A stretch of DNA of 64,000 nt from Chlamydiota bacterium (GTDB taxonomy: Bacteria; Auribacterota; Tritonobacteria; UBA1439), in NCBI GenBank assembly GCA_037133055.1, contig JBAXOY010000002.1:2985-66984 (forward strand), in the 5' to 3' direction. The translations under genes were made by a program, and so were the position numbers. A model generated the notes under the pieces. It was given only the letters and a program-made list of their open reading frames with translations. It had not been told where the DNA came from and made no database searches. Within the stretch, counting starts at the first letter, position 1; each line of letters begins with the position of its first letter. Below are positions 37,691 to 48,122 of the stretch, in pieces.

Positions 37691-39604
37691 ATGAAATGCG
37701 AAACACTTTCACGCATCACGTTCATGGCCGTCGCGGCGGCGGTCGGCGTAACGGTGCTTCTGCACGGAGGACTGTCCGCGGCAGCGGGCAGGGGAAAAAT
37801 GACCTTTACCATCCTGCACACCAACGACATGCACTCGAGTTTCATCGGCATGGGGCCGGCCGCGGACTACACGCCGTTCACACTCAACGACGACGCGACC
37901 CGGGGCGGGTACGCGCGTCTGGCCGGCTTGATCGCGAAGAGGAAGGAGGCGCGCAAAGATCAGGGTCCCGTGTTGGTGCTTGACGCGGGCGACTACAGCA
38001 TGGGGACCGCGTTCGGCGCCGCGACTCGCGAGACCGGCGGTGAACTGCAGCTCATGTCCCGCATGGGTTACGATGCGACCACCTTCGGCAACCATGAATA
38101 TGACCTTGGACCTGACGGCCTGGGCAAGTCAATCGGCGTGGCCGCCAAGGCTGGCCGGATTCCGGCGGTGGTCGCTTCGAATACCAACTTCTCGAAGGAC
38201 GACGCTACGCTGGCCGATCTCCAGCGCCTGGCCAAGGAGGGGGTGATCCGCCGATACGTCGTGATCGAACGCGGCGGAATGCGTTTCGGTATCTTCGGCG
38301 TGCTCGGTAAAGAGGCCCAGTTTTACACCGCTGGCGCGGGTGCGGCGACGTTCTCCGACGCCATCGAGACCGCCAGGGAGATGGTGAAGGTCCTGCGCGA
38401 AACGGAGAAGGTGGATGCGGTCATCTGTCTCAGCCACGGCGGCCTGGAGAAAGGGAAGGACGGAAGCATTACCGACGGCGACGACGTGCGCCTGGCCAAG
38501 GCCGTGCCGGGCATCGACGTGGTGATCGGCGGCCACAGCCACACCGAGCTGCGAGAGGCGATCATCGTCAACGGACGCACTCCAGTGGTCCAGACCGGGA
38601 AGGAAAGCAAGAACCTCGGTGAATTGGCGATCACATTGGACGGGGACAAACTGACGGTCGAGTCGTACCGGCTCCACCCGATCGACGACACCATTTCCGG
38701 CGACCGGGCCATCGCCGACGAGATTGACAAGTTCAAGAAATCGGTCACCGAAATCGTGTTCGCGTCCCGGGGTTATCGCATCGATCAGCCGCTGGCGGTG
38801 GCGCCGCGAGACCTGCCCAACACGTTCACCGACATCGCGGCCGGCACCCTCCTCGCCAACCTCTGCACCGACGCCTTCAGAAAGGCCACGAAAGCGGATA
38901 TCGGATTCTCCGTCAACGGGCTGATGCGCGCCGGTTTTACGCGGGGGAAATCGGGCGTGCAAACCGTCTACGACGTGTTCGCCGTGGCGCCCCTCGGCGC
39001 CGGTGTCGTGGATACCACGGCCGGGAGTGCTCTCGTGACCGGCTACTTCACCGGCCTGGAACTGAAGAATCTGCTCGAGTATTTTCTCGTGGACAACCCG
39101 GCCCACCCCGGCGAGTATTTCCCCCGAGCTTCCGGCATGAGGTTCCGCTACGACCCGTCGCGCCCGAGGTTCGACGTCGTGACGGCCATCGAGATGGGCG
39201 ACCTCGATCGCGGCTACAAGGCGATCGACATCACCGGGAAGGACGAGCGGTTGTACAGCCTCACGTGCCCCCTGATGCTCGGCACGATCCTCGTGGGTAT
39301 CCCCAAGTACAGCAAGGGCGAACTGCCTCTTGTCCCCAAGAACAAGGAGGGCCATCCCCTCACATCGAGGGTCGAGGCACTCGACGACCCTCGTCGCAGC
39401 ACGGCCCAACTGATGCCGCCGCCGGGCACGGTGGACAAGAGCAGTGTCGCCACGGGGGCGGGGAAAGCCGCTGTCCAGGAGATCAAGGAATGGCAGGCGA
39501 TCATGGATCACCTCCGCAGTCTGCCGGTCAAGACCAAGGGCGAATTGCCCACGATCCCGGTCGACGAGCGCGCCGCAGAGGTCCGCGCGATCAAAGTCCG
39601 CTGA
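37691..39604 (+). CDS. secreted bifunctional metallophosphatase / 5'-nucleotidase (UshA-like)
   Basis: A signal peptide follows the start MKCETL. The calcineurin-like motifs are ILHTNDMHS, GNHEYD and GGHSHT. A C-terminal 5'-nucleotidase substrate-binding region is present. Confidence 0.75.
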   Translation: MKCETLSRITFMAVAAAVGVTVLLHGGLSAAAGRGKMTFTILHTNDMHSSFIGMGPAADYTPFTLNDDATRGGYARLAGLIAKRKEARKDQGPVLVLDAGDYSMGTAFGAATRETGGELQLMSRMGYDATTFGNHEYDLGPDGLGKSIGVAAKAGRIPAVVASNTNFSKDDATLADLQRLAKEGVIRRYVVIERGGMRFGIFGVLGKEAQFYTAGAGAATFSDAIETAREMVKVLRETEKVDAVICLSHGGLEKGKDGSITDGDDVRLAKAVPGIDVVIGGHSHTELREAIIVNGRTPVVQTGKESKNLGELAITLDGDKLTVESYRLHPIDDTISGDRAIADEIDKFKKSVTEIVFASRGYRIDQPLAVAPRDLPNTFTDIAAGTLLANLCTDAFRKATKADIGFSVNGLMRAGFTRGKSGVQTVYDVFAVAPLGAGVVDTTAGSALVTGYFTGLELKNLLEYFLVDNPAHPGEYFPRASGMRFRYDPSRPRFDVVTAIEMGDLDRGYKAIDITGKDERLYSLTCPLMLGTILVGIPKYSKGELPLVPKNKEGHPLTSRVEALDDPRRSTAQLMPPPGTVDKSSVATGAGKAAVQEIKEWQAIMDHLRSLPVKTKGELPTIPVDERAAEVRAIKVR

Positions 39605-39998
39605 TCGCGAGCCCTGAGGGAGCCGCGGGACGACGTTTTATGGCCGGGGAACGGCAAGATCGAGCAGGTACAGTGTCTCGAATTCTTCCAAGCTGTTAGA
39701 GATGGTATGGATGCTAAGTGGCAATCTCGCCTGATGCCTGCCCCCATTCACTGGACAGGTTATGATGAGAGTCCCATAGGCGGGCGGAGGCTAACATAGA
39801 AGGTGGCACATATAGTGGGGGCAGGTCAATTGAACTCCGGCAATGGAAAGAGTGGCGGCGCAGAGCGAAGTAACGCACATCAGAGGGACTCGTATGACCC
39901 TGCTCGGATCGGGAAGCAACCTGACGGGCAGGGTTAGTCCTTGTATGGGACAAAGCACCCATCAGGGGAGATAGAATATCCCTCAGAGGAGGAGGGCA

Positions 39999-40736
39999 AT
40001 GATGAGGTGGTTCGTATTCATTTCATTGTTGGGTAGCGTGGTATATATAGCCAATGCCCCAGCCGCCCCGCAAAAGGAACAGGTTGCTGCTCCCCCGGAA
40101 TCTACCCCCCCCGCCGTAATGGATAAAGCCCCACTCGCAGTACTTGACCTAGAAACACACGAGGGTATGGATGCGGGGGTTAGAATAGGCATCAGTGACC
40201 GTGTCCGTTATGCACTTTCCAAGACGGGGAAGTACCGCATTACAACCCGAAGTTCAATGGAATCTATGCTCAAAGAGCAGGACTTTCAACAATCGGGCAG
40301 ATGCGATGAACTGGCGTGCATAGTTCAAGTAGGGAAGATAGTCGGCGTGAAAAAGATGGTTGCAGGCAGGGTTGCAAAGATGGGCAGCCTTTATCAAATC
40401 AGTCTGCAACTTATTGATGTTGAGTCAGCCGTGGTTGAAAATGAAGTCATTGACAGTTGCAAGTGCAATGAAGGGGGGCTACTGCGGCTGGCCGAGGAAG
40501 AAGCGTGCCTTCTGGCCGGGGTGCCCAAGGCGCCCGCATCTCACGATTTGCGGGCGGGATCGGCGTCTAGGAAGGTGCCGGTGGGACAATACTGGTCCAA
40601 CACGATCGGGCCGACGTTCCACCGCGACGACTGCGCGCGGCTGAACAGGACCAAACCAAGCGCCTTGGTCATCTACAAAACCAGAGAAGATGCACTCGCC
40701 GCAGGCAAGAAGCCCTGCCGGGACTGCCAGCCGTGA
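39999..40736 (+). CDS. secreted protein with a CsgG-like N-terminal domain fused to a C-terminal Ada-like zinc-ribbon (YHxxxC...PCxxC)
   Basis: It has a signal peptide. LAVLDLETHEGMDAGVRIGISDRVRYALSKTGKYRITTR...QDFQQSGRCDE...VGKIVGVKKMVAGRV matches the CsgG pattern. The tail is FHRDDCARLNRTKPSALVIYKTREDALAAGKKPCRDCQP. Confidence 0.45.
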   Translation: MMRWFVFISLLGSVVYIANAPAAPQKEQVAAPPESTPPAVMDKAPLAVLDLETHEGMDAGVRIGISDRVRYALSKTGKYRITTRSSMESMLKEQDFQQSGRCDELACIVQVGKIVGVKKMVAGRVAKMGSLYQISLQLIDVESAVVENEVIDSCKCNEGGLLRLAEEEACLLAGVPKAPASHDLRAGSASRKVPVGQYWSNTIGPTFHRDDCARLNRTKPSALVIYKTREDALAAGKKPCRDCQP

Positions 40737-40799
40737 GACCATAGTGGAAGTAGTTATGCCCAAGGAACAAATTGAAGAGGCGCAGCGGATAGCACGGAA

Positions 40800-41711
40800 G
40801 TGGAAGCCGAAGAGGCACATATGAACACGATCCAAGGGGCATCCATACCATTTCCACATGCTAAAGATCGAAGGCATATTGTGGAAGTCCTTCTGTGTGT
40901 TTGCGTTTATGCACACGGTGCTCAGATATGCCATGGAATCGAGAAACTAGATATTAATACCGTTACGTATGATGAATTAGTCAGTGTAGTTAAGATCAAA
41001 CCCGAGAGGGCACGCCTGATCATAGGTTATAGAGACACGCATGGCCCTTATGCCTCGATAGAAGATTTGCAGCGCGTTGTATCACCAAATTATGTCGATG
41101 CGATAGATGCAGAATTGGTTGTGAGCGACAATCTTAGATGCTGGAGTTGCGGCAAAATCTTTTCTGAATCCATGCGGCATAAGACCGGGGTGTGTCCTTA
41201 TTGTAGGAAGGAATGGCCAGCAGCGCCGTCCGATATTGAACCACGAGAGATATCCATCCCGGAAAATGAACTCGGAATAAAAATTGGGGACCCCATTACA
41301 AAGGCAATCGACTTGATGGGAGAGCCGAAAAGGAAAGGCCTATCACCAATGGGGGCGTTGGAAGGAGAACGGAAAGAATTTTTTGGGCTGCAATCTTACC
41401 CTTATCCTTCAAAAGGTCTGACTTTTCACATAGTGAGGGATCGGATATGGAAAATAGAAGCAAAAGAACGATATGGGGGAATGTTGATGGGTATACATAT
41501 AGGATCGACAAAAGCAGATGTAATACAGAAACATGGCAAAGATTATCACGGAGAAGTCATGATGATTTACGATAAGAGGCCGACATGTCAGATGCAATTC
41601 AATGTGGACAAGGTATCGCAAAAGGTAACGCAAATTCGCATTTGGGATAAAAGCATAAGCGATAGATATTCAAAAAAAGCACGAAGGGTGTATAAACGGG
41701 AGTATCGGTAG
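40800..41711 (+). CDS. hypothetical protein with a ComEA-like helix-hairpin-helix segment and a CxxC...CxxC zinc ribbon, in a low-GC patch
   Basis: The HhH-like segment is DINTVTYDELVSVVKIKPERARLIIGYRDTHGPYASIEDL. The zinc ribbon is CWSCGK...CPYCRK. Codon usage is visibly AT-richer than in the neighbours. Confidence 0.45.
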   Translation: MEAEEAHMNTIQGASIPFPHAKDRRHIVEVLLCVCVYAHGAQICHGIEKLDINTVTYDELVSVVKIKPERARLIIGYRDTHGPYASIEDLQRVVSPNYVDAIDAELVVSDNLRCWSCGKIFSESMRHKTGVCPYCRKEWPAAPSDIEPREISIPENELGIKIGDPITKAIDLMGEPKRKGLSPMGALEGERKEFFGLQSYPYPSKGLTFHIVRDRIWKIEAKERYGGMLMGIHIGSTKADVIQKHGKDYHGEVMMIYDKRPTCQMQFNVDKVSQKVTQIRIWDKSISDRYSKKARRVYKREYR

Positions 41712-41853
41712 ATTGTGGAGTACGGACCAGGCGTAATAACGTCTATTCAGCAGATACAGTCCCTTCACCACACAAAAGAGGGTCGCAAACTGCGTGACCG
41801 GATGCGACTCTTGACTCAGGGCACATGCACTGTTCGACCCCGTTTCCAGTATC

Positions 41854-42921
41854 GTGTATAATGGCGCCATGTACATCCGGCGTATCCTCGGTTCCGTTCT
41901 GTGTTCCGCGATTGCCGCCCTCTCTCCGGCATATGCCTCTCCGGGCGACACGCATTTCATTGACCGGGATGCACTGTCGGTCTACTTCTACACGAGCACG
42001 CTCTACGCCTACGACGGATCGTACCCCGCCCTGGCGGCGCAGATGCGGGACGCCGAAAACATCGGGGCTGTTTTTCTCAGCGTCAGCATGCTCCACCTTG
42101 CGGAAACCGATTACGCCCGCATAGTCAGGGATTTCATCGAAGCCATGCATGGCGAAAATATTTATGTCCACGCGATGTATCTCCAGGACGCGACAATCCT
42201 CGACAACATCGCTCTCGCGCGTACACGGACGCAGGAGATCATCGCCTTTCACAACGCCTCCCCCGCGCAGTCGAAATTCGACGGCCTCACCCTCGATATC
42301 GAGCCCGAGAGCACCGACGAATGGGATACCGAATCCAACAGGTTCGGGCTTGTCCGGGAGCTCCTCTCCGTCATGGAGGCAATCCATGAAGAGCTGACGG
42401 ATTCGGCACTCGATCTCCCGCTCTCCTCCGCGCTGTACGCACACTACATGAAAAACGGTGCCCTTCGCTCGTGGCTGACCGTGAACGGCGAATCCGTCGG
42501 GTATCCGTCCGATTTCCTCCGCTTCATGGATTTCCTGATCCTGATGTCCTATGACGACGATCCTGCGGACATCGTGGACTACCTTCAAGACGAGCTGGCG
42601 TATGCAGGGGAGGACGACAGCATCCTGGCAGGGATAAAAACAAAGAATTCCGGCGACGATGACACCACCTCCTGGCAGGAGGGGTGGGAGGCCCTCTGTT
42701 CCGCCGTCGGCGAGGTCCGGTGCAGTTTGGACTCCACGAGCGGCCCGCTCCTGGGATTCGCTGTGTTTGAATACGAGTCGTACCGGGCCATGAAGGGGCT
42801 CGCGCCGGTCGATCTGAGGATCAATTTTCAAGCGCACGTTGCGACAAGGCCCGCGGGGTACCTGGAGGATCTGGCGCTGCCGTACGGCGTGATGGGCGGG
42901 TACCGCTTCGGCTGGCGTTGA
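41854..42921 (+). CDS. secreted TIM-barrel-like putative glycoside hydrolase with the C-terminal INFQ...GWR motif
   Basis: It has a signal peptide, a DGLTLDIEPE-type catalytic-looking block, and the tail INFQAHVATRPAGYLEDLALPYGVMGGYRFGWR followed by a stop. Confidence 0.45.
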   Translation: MYNGAMYIRRILGSVLCSAIAALSPAYASPGDTHFIDRDALSVYFYTSTLYAYDGSYPALAAQMRDAENIGAVFLSVSMLHLAETDYARIVRDFIEAMHGENIYVHAMYLQDATILDNIALARTRTQEIIAFHNASPAQSKFDGLTLDIEPESTDEWDTESNRFGLVRELLSVMEAIHEELTDSALDLPLSSALYAHYMKNGALRSWLTVNGESVGYPSDFLRFMDFLILMSYDDDPADIVDYLQDELAYAGEDDSILAGIKTKNSGDDDTTSWQEGWEALCSAVGEVRCSLDSTSGPLLGFAVFEYESYRAMKGLAPVDLRINFQAHVATRPAGYLEDLALPYGVMGGYRFGWR

Positions 42922-43125
42922 GGATTTCACCCATGCCCTGCATTCGGCTGAAGGGGGTCGTCGACAGGGTCTATGTCCCCGGGATACAGGCCGGCGCCGC
43001 GGAGGAGAAGAAACACCCCTGACCCGAGGCCGGGCCCCCGCCCTGATCGGAAGCCGTCAGACATTTACTAGGGTGACGCAGGAAAAAGAAAACAGGTATC
43101 TGTCCATAATTCTCTAAAAGGAGGA

Positions 43126-45579
43126 TTGAGGATGAGAGTCGTGAAAGAAGGCAAAGGATTGTGGTTAACGGCCTCCGCATCTGTCATGAGTCTTCTGGTG
43201 AGCGGTTCGGGGGCCACCGCCGCGTCTGCAAAAGAAAAGACCATATCCGACTATGAGAACGCCTTTAAGGGCGTTATCAAGCTGGATGTGCGCGATTCGG
43301 TGGCGGACTGGGCGCCCTACATGCAAAAAAAAGCGCCCGAAGGGGCGCCGAACGCCCTGATCATCCTTTACGATGACACCGGTCTTGCCGCGTGGTCGTC
43401 CTACGGCGGCAGGATCAATATGCCGACGATGGACAAACTGGCCGCGAACGGTCTGACGTACACGCAATGGCACACGTGCGCGCTTTGCTCGCCGACCCGG
43501 TCAACGATCCTGACCGGGCGCAACCATCACCTCAACGGCATGGCCTCCATCACGGAGGGGTCCAACGGATTCCCCGGTGCGTGCGGCCGCATTCCGGAAG
43601 AATGCGCCACGATCGGAGAGATCCTTCAGGACAACGGCTGGAGCACCTTCTGGCTTGGCAAGGACCACAACGTGCCCGTGCAGGATATCGGTTCGGGCGG
43701 GAGCCGCAGGGAATGGCCGCTCCAGATGGGCTTCGACCGTTTTTACGGTTTCCTGGGCGGTGAAACCAGCCAATGGTATCCGGACCTTGTCGAGGACAAC
43801 CGGTTCGTCGAGCCGCCGTATGGCCCCGAGGATGGCTACCACCTCTCAAAAGACCTTGCAGACAAGGCGATCGCGATGATCCGCGACCAGAAGTCCAGCA
43901 ATCCGTCGAAACCATGGTTCATGTGGTTCTGTCCGGGAGCAAACCACGCGCCTCACCAGAGCCCGCAGGAATACATCGATAAGTACAAGGGCAAGTTCGA
44001 TGACGGCTATGAAGCGTATCGCACATGGGTGCTTGAGCGCATGATCGCCAAGGGTATCATGCCGAAGGGCACCCAACTCACGCCGCTTAATCCTCTGCCG
44101 GGGGAAGTGGCGAATACGGCGGACTTCGTGCGCCCCTGGGGCTCGCTCAACGCCGACGAAAAGAAATTGTTCTCGCGGATGGCGGAAGTCTTCGCGGGAT
44201 TCTCGGAGTACACGGATGCCCAGATTGGCCGTCTCATCGATTACCTGGAGAAGAGCAAACAGATCGAGAACACCATAATTTTCTATGCCGCCGATAACGG
44301 CACGTCCGGCGAGGGAACCCCCAACGGCTCGGTCAACGAGAACAAGTTCTTCAACGGTTACCCGGATGATCTCTCCGAGAACATGAAATATCTGAATGCC
44401 CTGGGAGGACCGGACACGTACGAGCACTTTCCGACCGGATGGGCCGCCGCGTTTTCGACGCCGTTCCAGATGTTCAAGCGGTACTCGCAATATGCGGGCG
44501 GCACCTGCGACCCCCTGGTCATCTCGTGGCCCAAGGGCATCAAGGCGCGCGGCGAGATACGGAACCAGTATCACCATTCCACGGACATAGTGCCGACGAT
44601 TCTGGACGTGTGCGGACTGGAGATGCCGAAGGTCTATCGGGGCGTCGAGCAGTTCCCTCTCTCCGGCGTCTCGATGCGCTACACCTTTGATGCGAAGCCC
44701 GACGATCCGACGACGAAGAAGCGTCAATATTACGCCATGCTCGGAACCCGCGGGATCTGGGAGGGCGGCTGGAAGGCCGCCGCCGTCCACGCCCCGCTGA
44801 CCAGCAAGGGGCATTTCGACAAGGACCAGTGGCAGCTCTACCACGTGGACACCGACCGCTCCGAGTCCAAGGACCTGGCCAACGCGCATCCCGGGAAGAT
44901 CGAGGCGCTCATCAAAGCCTGGTTCGAGGAGGCGGGAAAAAACCTGGTCCTTCCGCTCGATGACCGAACCACTTTGGAGATACTGAGTACTGAACGGCCC
45001 ACTCAAGAACGGCCGCGCGAAAGATATGTGTACTATCCCGATACTTCTCCGGTGCCGGAAGCTGTTGCCGTAAGCATAATCGGCAGGTCGTATAAGATAC
45101 TCGCCGATGTGGAGATCACCGATCCGGATTGCTCGGGGGTTATCTTCGCCCATGGTTCGCGTTTCGGCGGCCACACGCTCTTCATCAAGGACAAGAAACT
45201 GCACTATGTCTACAACTTCCTCGGCATCAAGCCGGAGCAGCAATTCGTCTCGCCCGAGCTTAAGCCCGGCAAATATACTCTCGGTATGGAGTTCAACCGG
45301 GAGGGCGCGGGCAAATATCATGAGTCTCTGGGCGCAACCAAACTCTATGTAAACGACAAGGTGGTCGCGGAAGGCCCCATGAGGACGCAGGCGGGCGCCT
45401 TCAGCCTGTGCGGCGACGGCCTCTGTGTCGGGTATGACAGCGCCGATGCGGTGAGCAAGGAATATGCGTCGCCGGGGAGGTTCAAGGGCGGGAAGATCAT
45501 GGGCGTCGGGGTCACCGTCGAAAAGGCGCAGTACCTCGATCTGGAGAAAGAAGCGCAGGCAAAATTCAGCAGGGACTAG
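43126..45579 (+). CDS. secreted Cys-type arylsulfatase with a large C-terminal extension
   Basis: The ribosome-binding site is AAAAGGAGG. It has a signal peptide. The sulfatase signature is CALCSPTRSTILTGR, with the N-terminal metal-binding motif LIILYDDTG. Confidence 0.85.
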   Translation: MRMRVVKEGKGLWLTASASVMSLLVSGSGATAASAKEKTISDYENAFKGVIKLDVRDSVADWAPYMQKKAPEGAPNALIILYDDTGLAAWSSYGGRINMPTMDKLAANGLTYTQWHTCALCSPTRSTILTGRNHHLNGMASITEGSNGFPGACGRIPEECATIGEILQDNGWSTFWLGKDHNVPVQDIGSGGSRREWPLQMGFDRFYGFLGGETSQWYPDLVEDNRFVEPPYGPEDGYHLSKDLADKAIAMIRDQKSSNPSKPWFMWFCPGANHAPHQSPQEYIDKYKGKFDDGYEAYRTWVLERMIAKGIMPKGTQLTPLNPLPGEVANTADFVRPWGSLNADEKKLFSRMAEVFAGFSEYTDAQIGRLIDYLEKSKQIENTIIFYAADNGTSGEGTPNGSVNENKFFNGYPDDLSENMKYLNALGGPDTYEHFPTGWAAAFSTPFQMFKRYSQYAGGTCDPLVISWPKGIKARGEIRNQYHHSTDIVPTILDVCGLEMPKVYRGVEQFPLSGVSMRYTFDAKPDDPTTKKRQYYAMLGTRGIWEGGWKAAAVHAPLTSKGHFDKDQWQLYHVDTDRSESKDLANAHPGKIEALIKAWFEEAGKNLVLPLDDRTTLEILSTERPTQERPRERYVYYPDTSPVPEAVAVSIIGRSYKILADVEITDPDCSGVIFAHGSRFGGHTLFIKDKKLHYVYNFLGIKPEQQFVSPELKPGKYTLGMEFNREGAGKYHESLGATKLYVNDKVVAEGPMRTQAGAFSLCGDGLCVGYDSADAVSKEYASPGRFKGGKIMGVGVTVEKAQYLDLEKEAQAKFSRD

Positions 45580-45639
45580 ATGCCCGGCATTCACGTTCCT
45601 GCCGAACCAACGGGCGTGATCTGTAATCTCCGGCATGGT

Positions 45640-46977
45640 TCATTTATTCGTCTCATGTAAGGGGTGATTCACCATCGCGCGTGCGGTGCTTCGGGCCTGC
45701 GTGCGGGCCTGGGCCAGGGTTGCTGCAACAGCGGCAATCCACTTGTCGGGAAAACGGGCAGGATCCGTCATCCATGGCCGAAGGCTCTCGACCGCGCCTT
45801 CGCTCCCCTCCAACTCGTCGGCGACGGCGCAGATGAGCAAGGCCCCGGTCTGGGGAAACCGCGCGCTCCACTCCGGCCCCACGGCATGATCGAACCCGGC
45901 GGCGAACGCCTGGAGTTGGTCATCGGCCAGATGTGTGCGCCGCGTCTCGCCTAGTTCGGCGGCGGCCTGCGACAGTTTTTTGTATTCGGACTTTTTCTCG
46001 GGGATGGCGGCGGCCAGTTCCTCTGCCAGGATCTCCAACTGGACCTGCAACAGGAAGGTCGGCATGCCGCGGCCCGCGAGGATACGGCCCAGCCACCGCA
46101 CCTGCTGGATGATCTGCGCCGGCTCGTAGTGGTAGAGCGTGGCCAGCCAGGCGGAGTCGCTCCGGGCAAAGAGCCGCCCCCTCTCGCCATAACGGTGCTC
46201 AAAGTAGGGAAACCGCTGCCAGCAGACATCGGCGGCCCGGAGGGAGGCCTGGACCTCGCGGGCATCGGCCGGCACCGGATGCCGCCCCGCCTCTGGATTG
46301 ATGGAGGTGGCAAGGAAGGTCTTGGACTCCGGTTTGAACGGGTACAGCGCCCGGAAGATCGCCTCGATCTGGGCCAAAAACTCGTTGGCCGCCTGTGTCA
46401 TCTGGTCGCGATCCTCGACGCTGAGGCGAAGCGCGTTCATGCGCTGCTGATACTGCGCCCACCGGACATACACTGCGGCCACATCAGTGTGCAGATAGGC
46501 CGACCCTTCATCGCCCGCGAGCAGGAAAGCCCGGGCATAGAGCGGCTGCAACACAACGGCGCCGAGCGTGGATCCCTCCAAAACATACACACAGCCCAGA
46601 ATGGTCAGCGGCTGCTCCATAGACCTGAAACGGAGCCACTCGGCGGTTTTCAGCGCCGCCTCGGCCGCCTCCTTCAGGTCAGCCACGGCCCGCGGTTCGA
46701 AATACCGCAGGTCTTGCTGAAGCCGGGGGAGTTTGCGCATGTCCTGGTTCCAGACGGAGGCAATCTGCTCGTCAGGGCAGCGTTCGAGCGCCTGCTCCAT
46801 CTCCCCATGTATAACGGACAAGGCCCGCAGTTGTCCCACATAGGATTCCAGCGGCAATCGGCACGCGACGAGGGCATGGAAGAAAGGCGCGGTTTGCAGT
46901 CGGGCATGAACCGGAAAAGTCGCCGCCCTGAGTTCTTCCATCAGGGTTAGCTGCTGTCCGTAGAGTCCTGTCTTCAT
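45640..46977 (-). CDS. heme-oxygenase-like N-terminal domain fused to an about 220-aa C-terminal domain of unknown function
   Basis: The N-terminal 220 aa follow the bacterial HO/BphO pattern (LMEELRAATFPVHARLQTAPFF...YVGQLRALSVIHGEMEQALE...LPRLQQDLRYF...YVLEGSTLG). Its start overlaps the stop of the upstream histidine kinase by 4 nt. Confidence 0.6.
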   Translation of the reverse strand: MKTGLYGQQLTLMEELRAATFPVHARLQTAPFFHALVACRLPLESYVGQLRALSVIHGEMEQALERCPDEQIASVWNQDMRKLPRLQQDLRYFEPRAVADLKEAAEAALKTAEWLRFRSMEQPLTILGCVYVLEGSTLGAVVLQPLYARAFLLAGDEGSAYLHTDVAAVYVRWAQYQQRMNALRLSVEDRDQMTQAANEFLAQIEAIFRALYPFKPESKTFLATSINPEAGRHPVPADAREVQASLRAADVCWQRFPYFEHRYGERGRLFARSDSAWLATLYHYEPAQIIQQVRWLGRILAGRGMPTFLLQVQLEILAEELAAAIPEKKSEYKKLSQAAAELGETRRTHLADDQLQAFAAGFDHAVGPEWSARFPQTGALLICAVADELEGSEGAVESLRPWMTDPARFPDKWIAAVAATLAQARTQARSTARAMVNHPLHETNK

Positions 46978-48122
46978 GGATGTGTTGACTCCTCAGTCAG
47001 AGGTAGTTCCTGGACCGGCAAAGCGAAAAGAAAGGTCGAGCCCGCGCCGGGGATGCTCTCCACCCAAATGCGCCCGCCGTGCGCCTCGACGACCAGCCAC
47101 GCGATGGAGAGGCCGAGTCCCACGCTGCGTTCCCCGGCGGTCTTGCGGGTCCCGGCGCGCACGAAAGGCGCAAAGAGCCGCTCTTGGTCCTCGAACGCGA
47201 TGCCGGGCCCTTCGTCACGCACGGAGAAGACCAGTTCCGAGGCTTCCCGGCGAGCCGCCAGCCAGACGCGCTGGCCTGCGTTGGAGTGTTCAACGGCATT
47301 ACTCAACAGGTTGATTAAAACCTGCCGGACCTTGGCAACGTCCACGACCAGAGGGCGCGCATCGCCCTCCGCCTCCGCGAGCAATTCGACCTTCTTCCTG
47401 GCGGCGACCAGGCGGACCAGCGGCAGAACGCTCGACAGGATCTCCGCCATATCGGTTCGCGCCCGCTCCAGCCGCAGGTGTCCAGATTCGATTACGGACA
47501 CATCGAGAAAATTATCGATCAGCCGCTTCATGCCGGCGGCGGCGGCCAGAATGGCGCGAAGAAATCCCCGCTGCTCGTCGCCGAGGCAGCCGCCGGCCGC
47601 GTCAAGAACCAACTGGCTGTAGATCATGATGACCCCGACGGGATTGCGGAGGTCGTGCGCCGCCATGCCGATAAAGTGGTTCTTGAGCTCGTTCAGTTCG
47701 CGCAGCTCCGCGTTGGCCTGATGGAGCTGCCGGGTAAGGTTGTTCAACTCGCGGTTCAGCCCCAGCGCCTCGTCGCGCAGTTTCCGCTGTTCCTGGAAGT
47801 CGAGACTCCCGAGAGCGAGCGTCCCCTCGGGCAATGGGAAGAATCGGAAGCACAGGGTCTCGGGTATTCCGGAAACGGTGCTCAGCGTGAGCCGATGAAC
47901 CGCGCTGCCCTGCCGGATGAGCGAAGGGAGATTGAGCGAGCGGGTGAAATCCACGATCTGTTCAGCAAACGGGCGCCCGAAGGCCTCGCCGCGCAGCACC
48001 TGGCGCGCCAGGGCGTTGGCGCCCGCCACGCAATGGTCGGCGTCAAGGTAGAGCGCCAGGACGGGCGCGGTCTCCACCACATAGGTTCGCATAGCCTCGG
48101 CGATGCGGGGGTCGTCAAACAT
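46974..48122 (-). CDS. cytoplasmic sensor histidine kinase with an N-terminal PAS-like domain
   Basis: The H-box is NHFIGMAAHDLRNP, the N-box is NLLSNAVEHS, and the G-boxes are DEGPGIAFEDQERLFAPF and GLGLSIAWLVVEAHGGRIWVES. There are no TM helices. Confidence 0.8.
   Translation of the reverse strand: MFDDPRIAEAMRTYVVETAPVLALYLDADHCVAGANALARQVLRGEAFGRPFAEQIVDFTRSLNLPSLIRQGSAVHRLTLSTVSGIPETLCFRFFPLPEGTLALGSLDFQEQRKLRDEALGLNRELNNLTRQLHQANAELRELNELKNHFIGMAAHDLRNPVGVIMIYSQLVLDAAGGCLGDEQRGFLRAILAAAAGMKRLIDNFLDVSVIESGHLRLERARTDMAEILSSVLPLVRLVAARKKVELLAEAEGDARPLVVDVAKVRQVLINLLSNAVEHSNAGQRVWLAARREASELVFSVRDEGPGIAFEDQERLFAPFVRAGTRKTAGERSVGLGLSIAWLVVEAHGGRIWVESIPGAGSTFLFALPVQELPLTEESTHP

Noticed and set aside
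43846-45636. 596-aa minus-strand ORF opposite the secreted sulfatase
   Set aside because: The sense strand carries the C-x-P-x-R sulfatase signature, and this antisense frame has no motifs.
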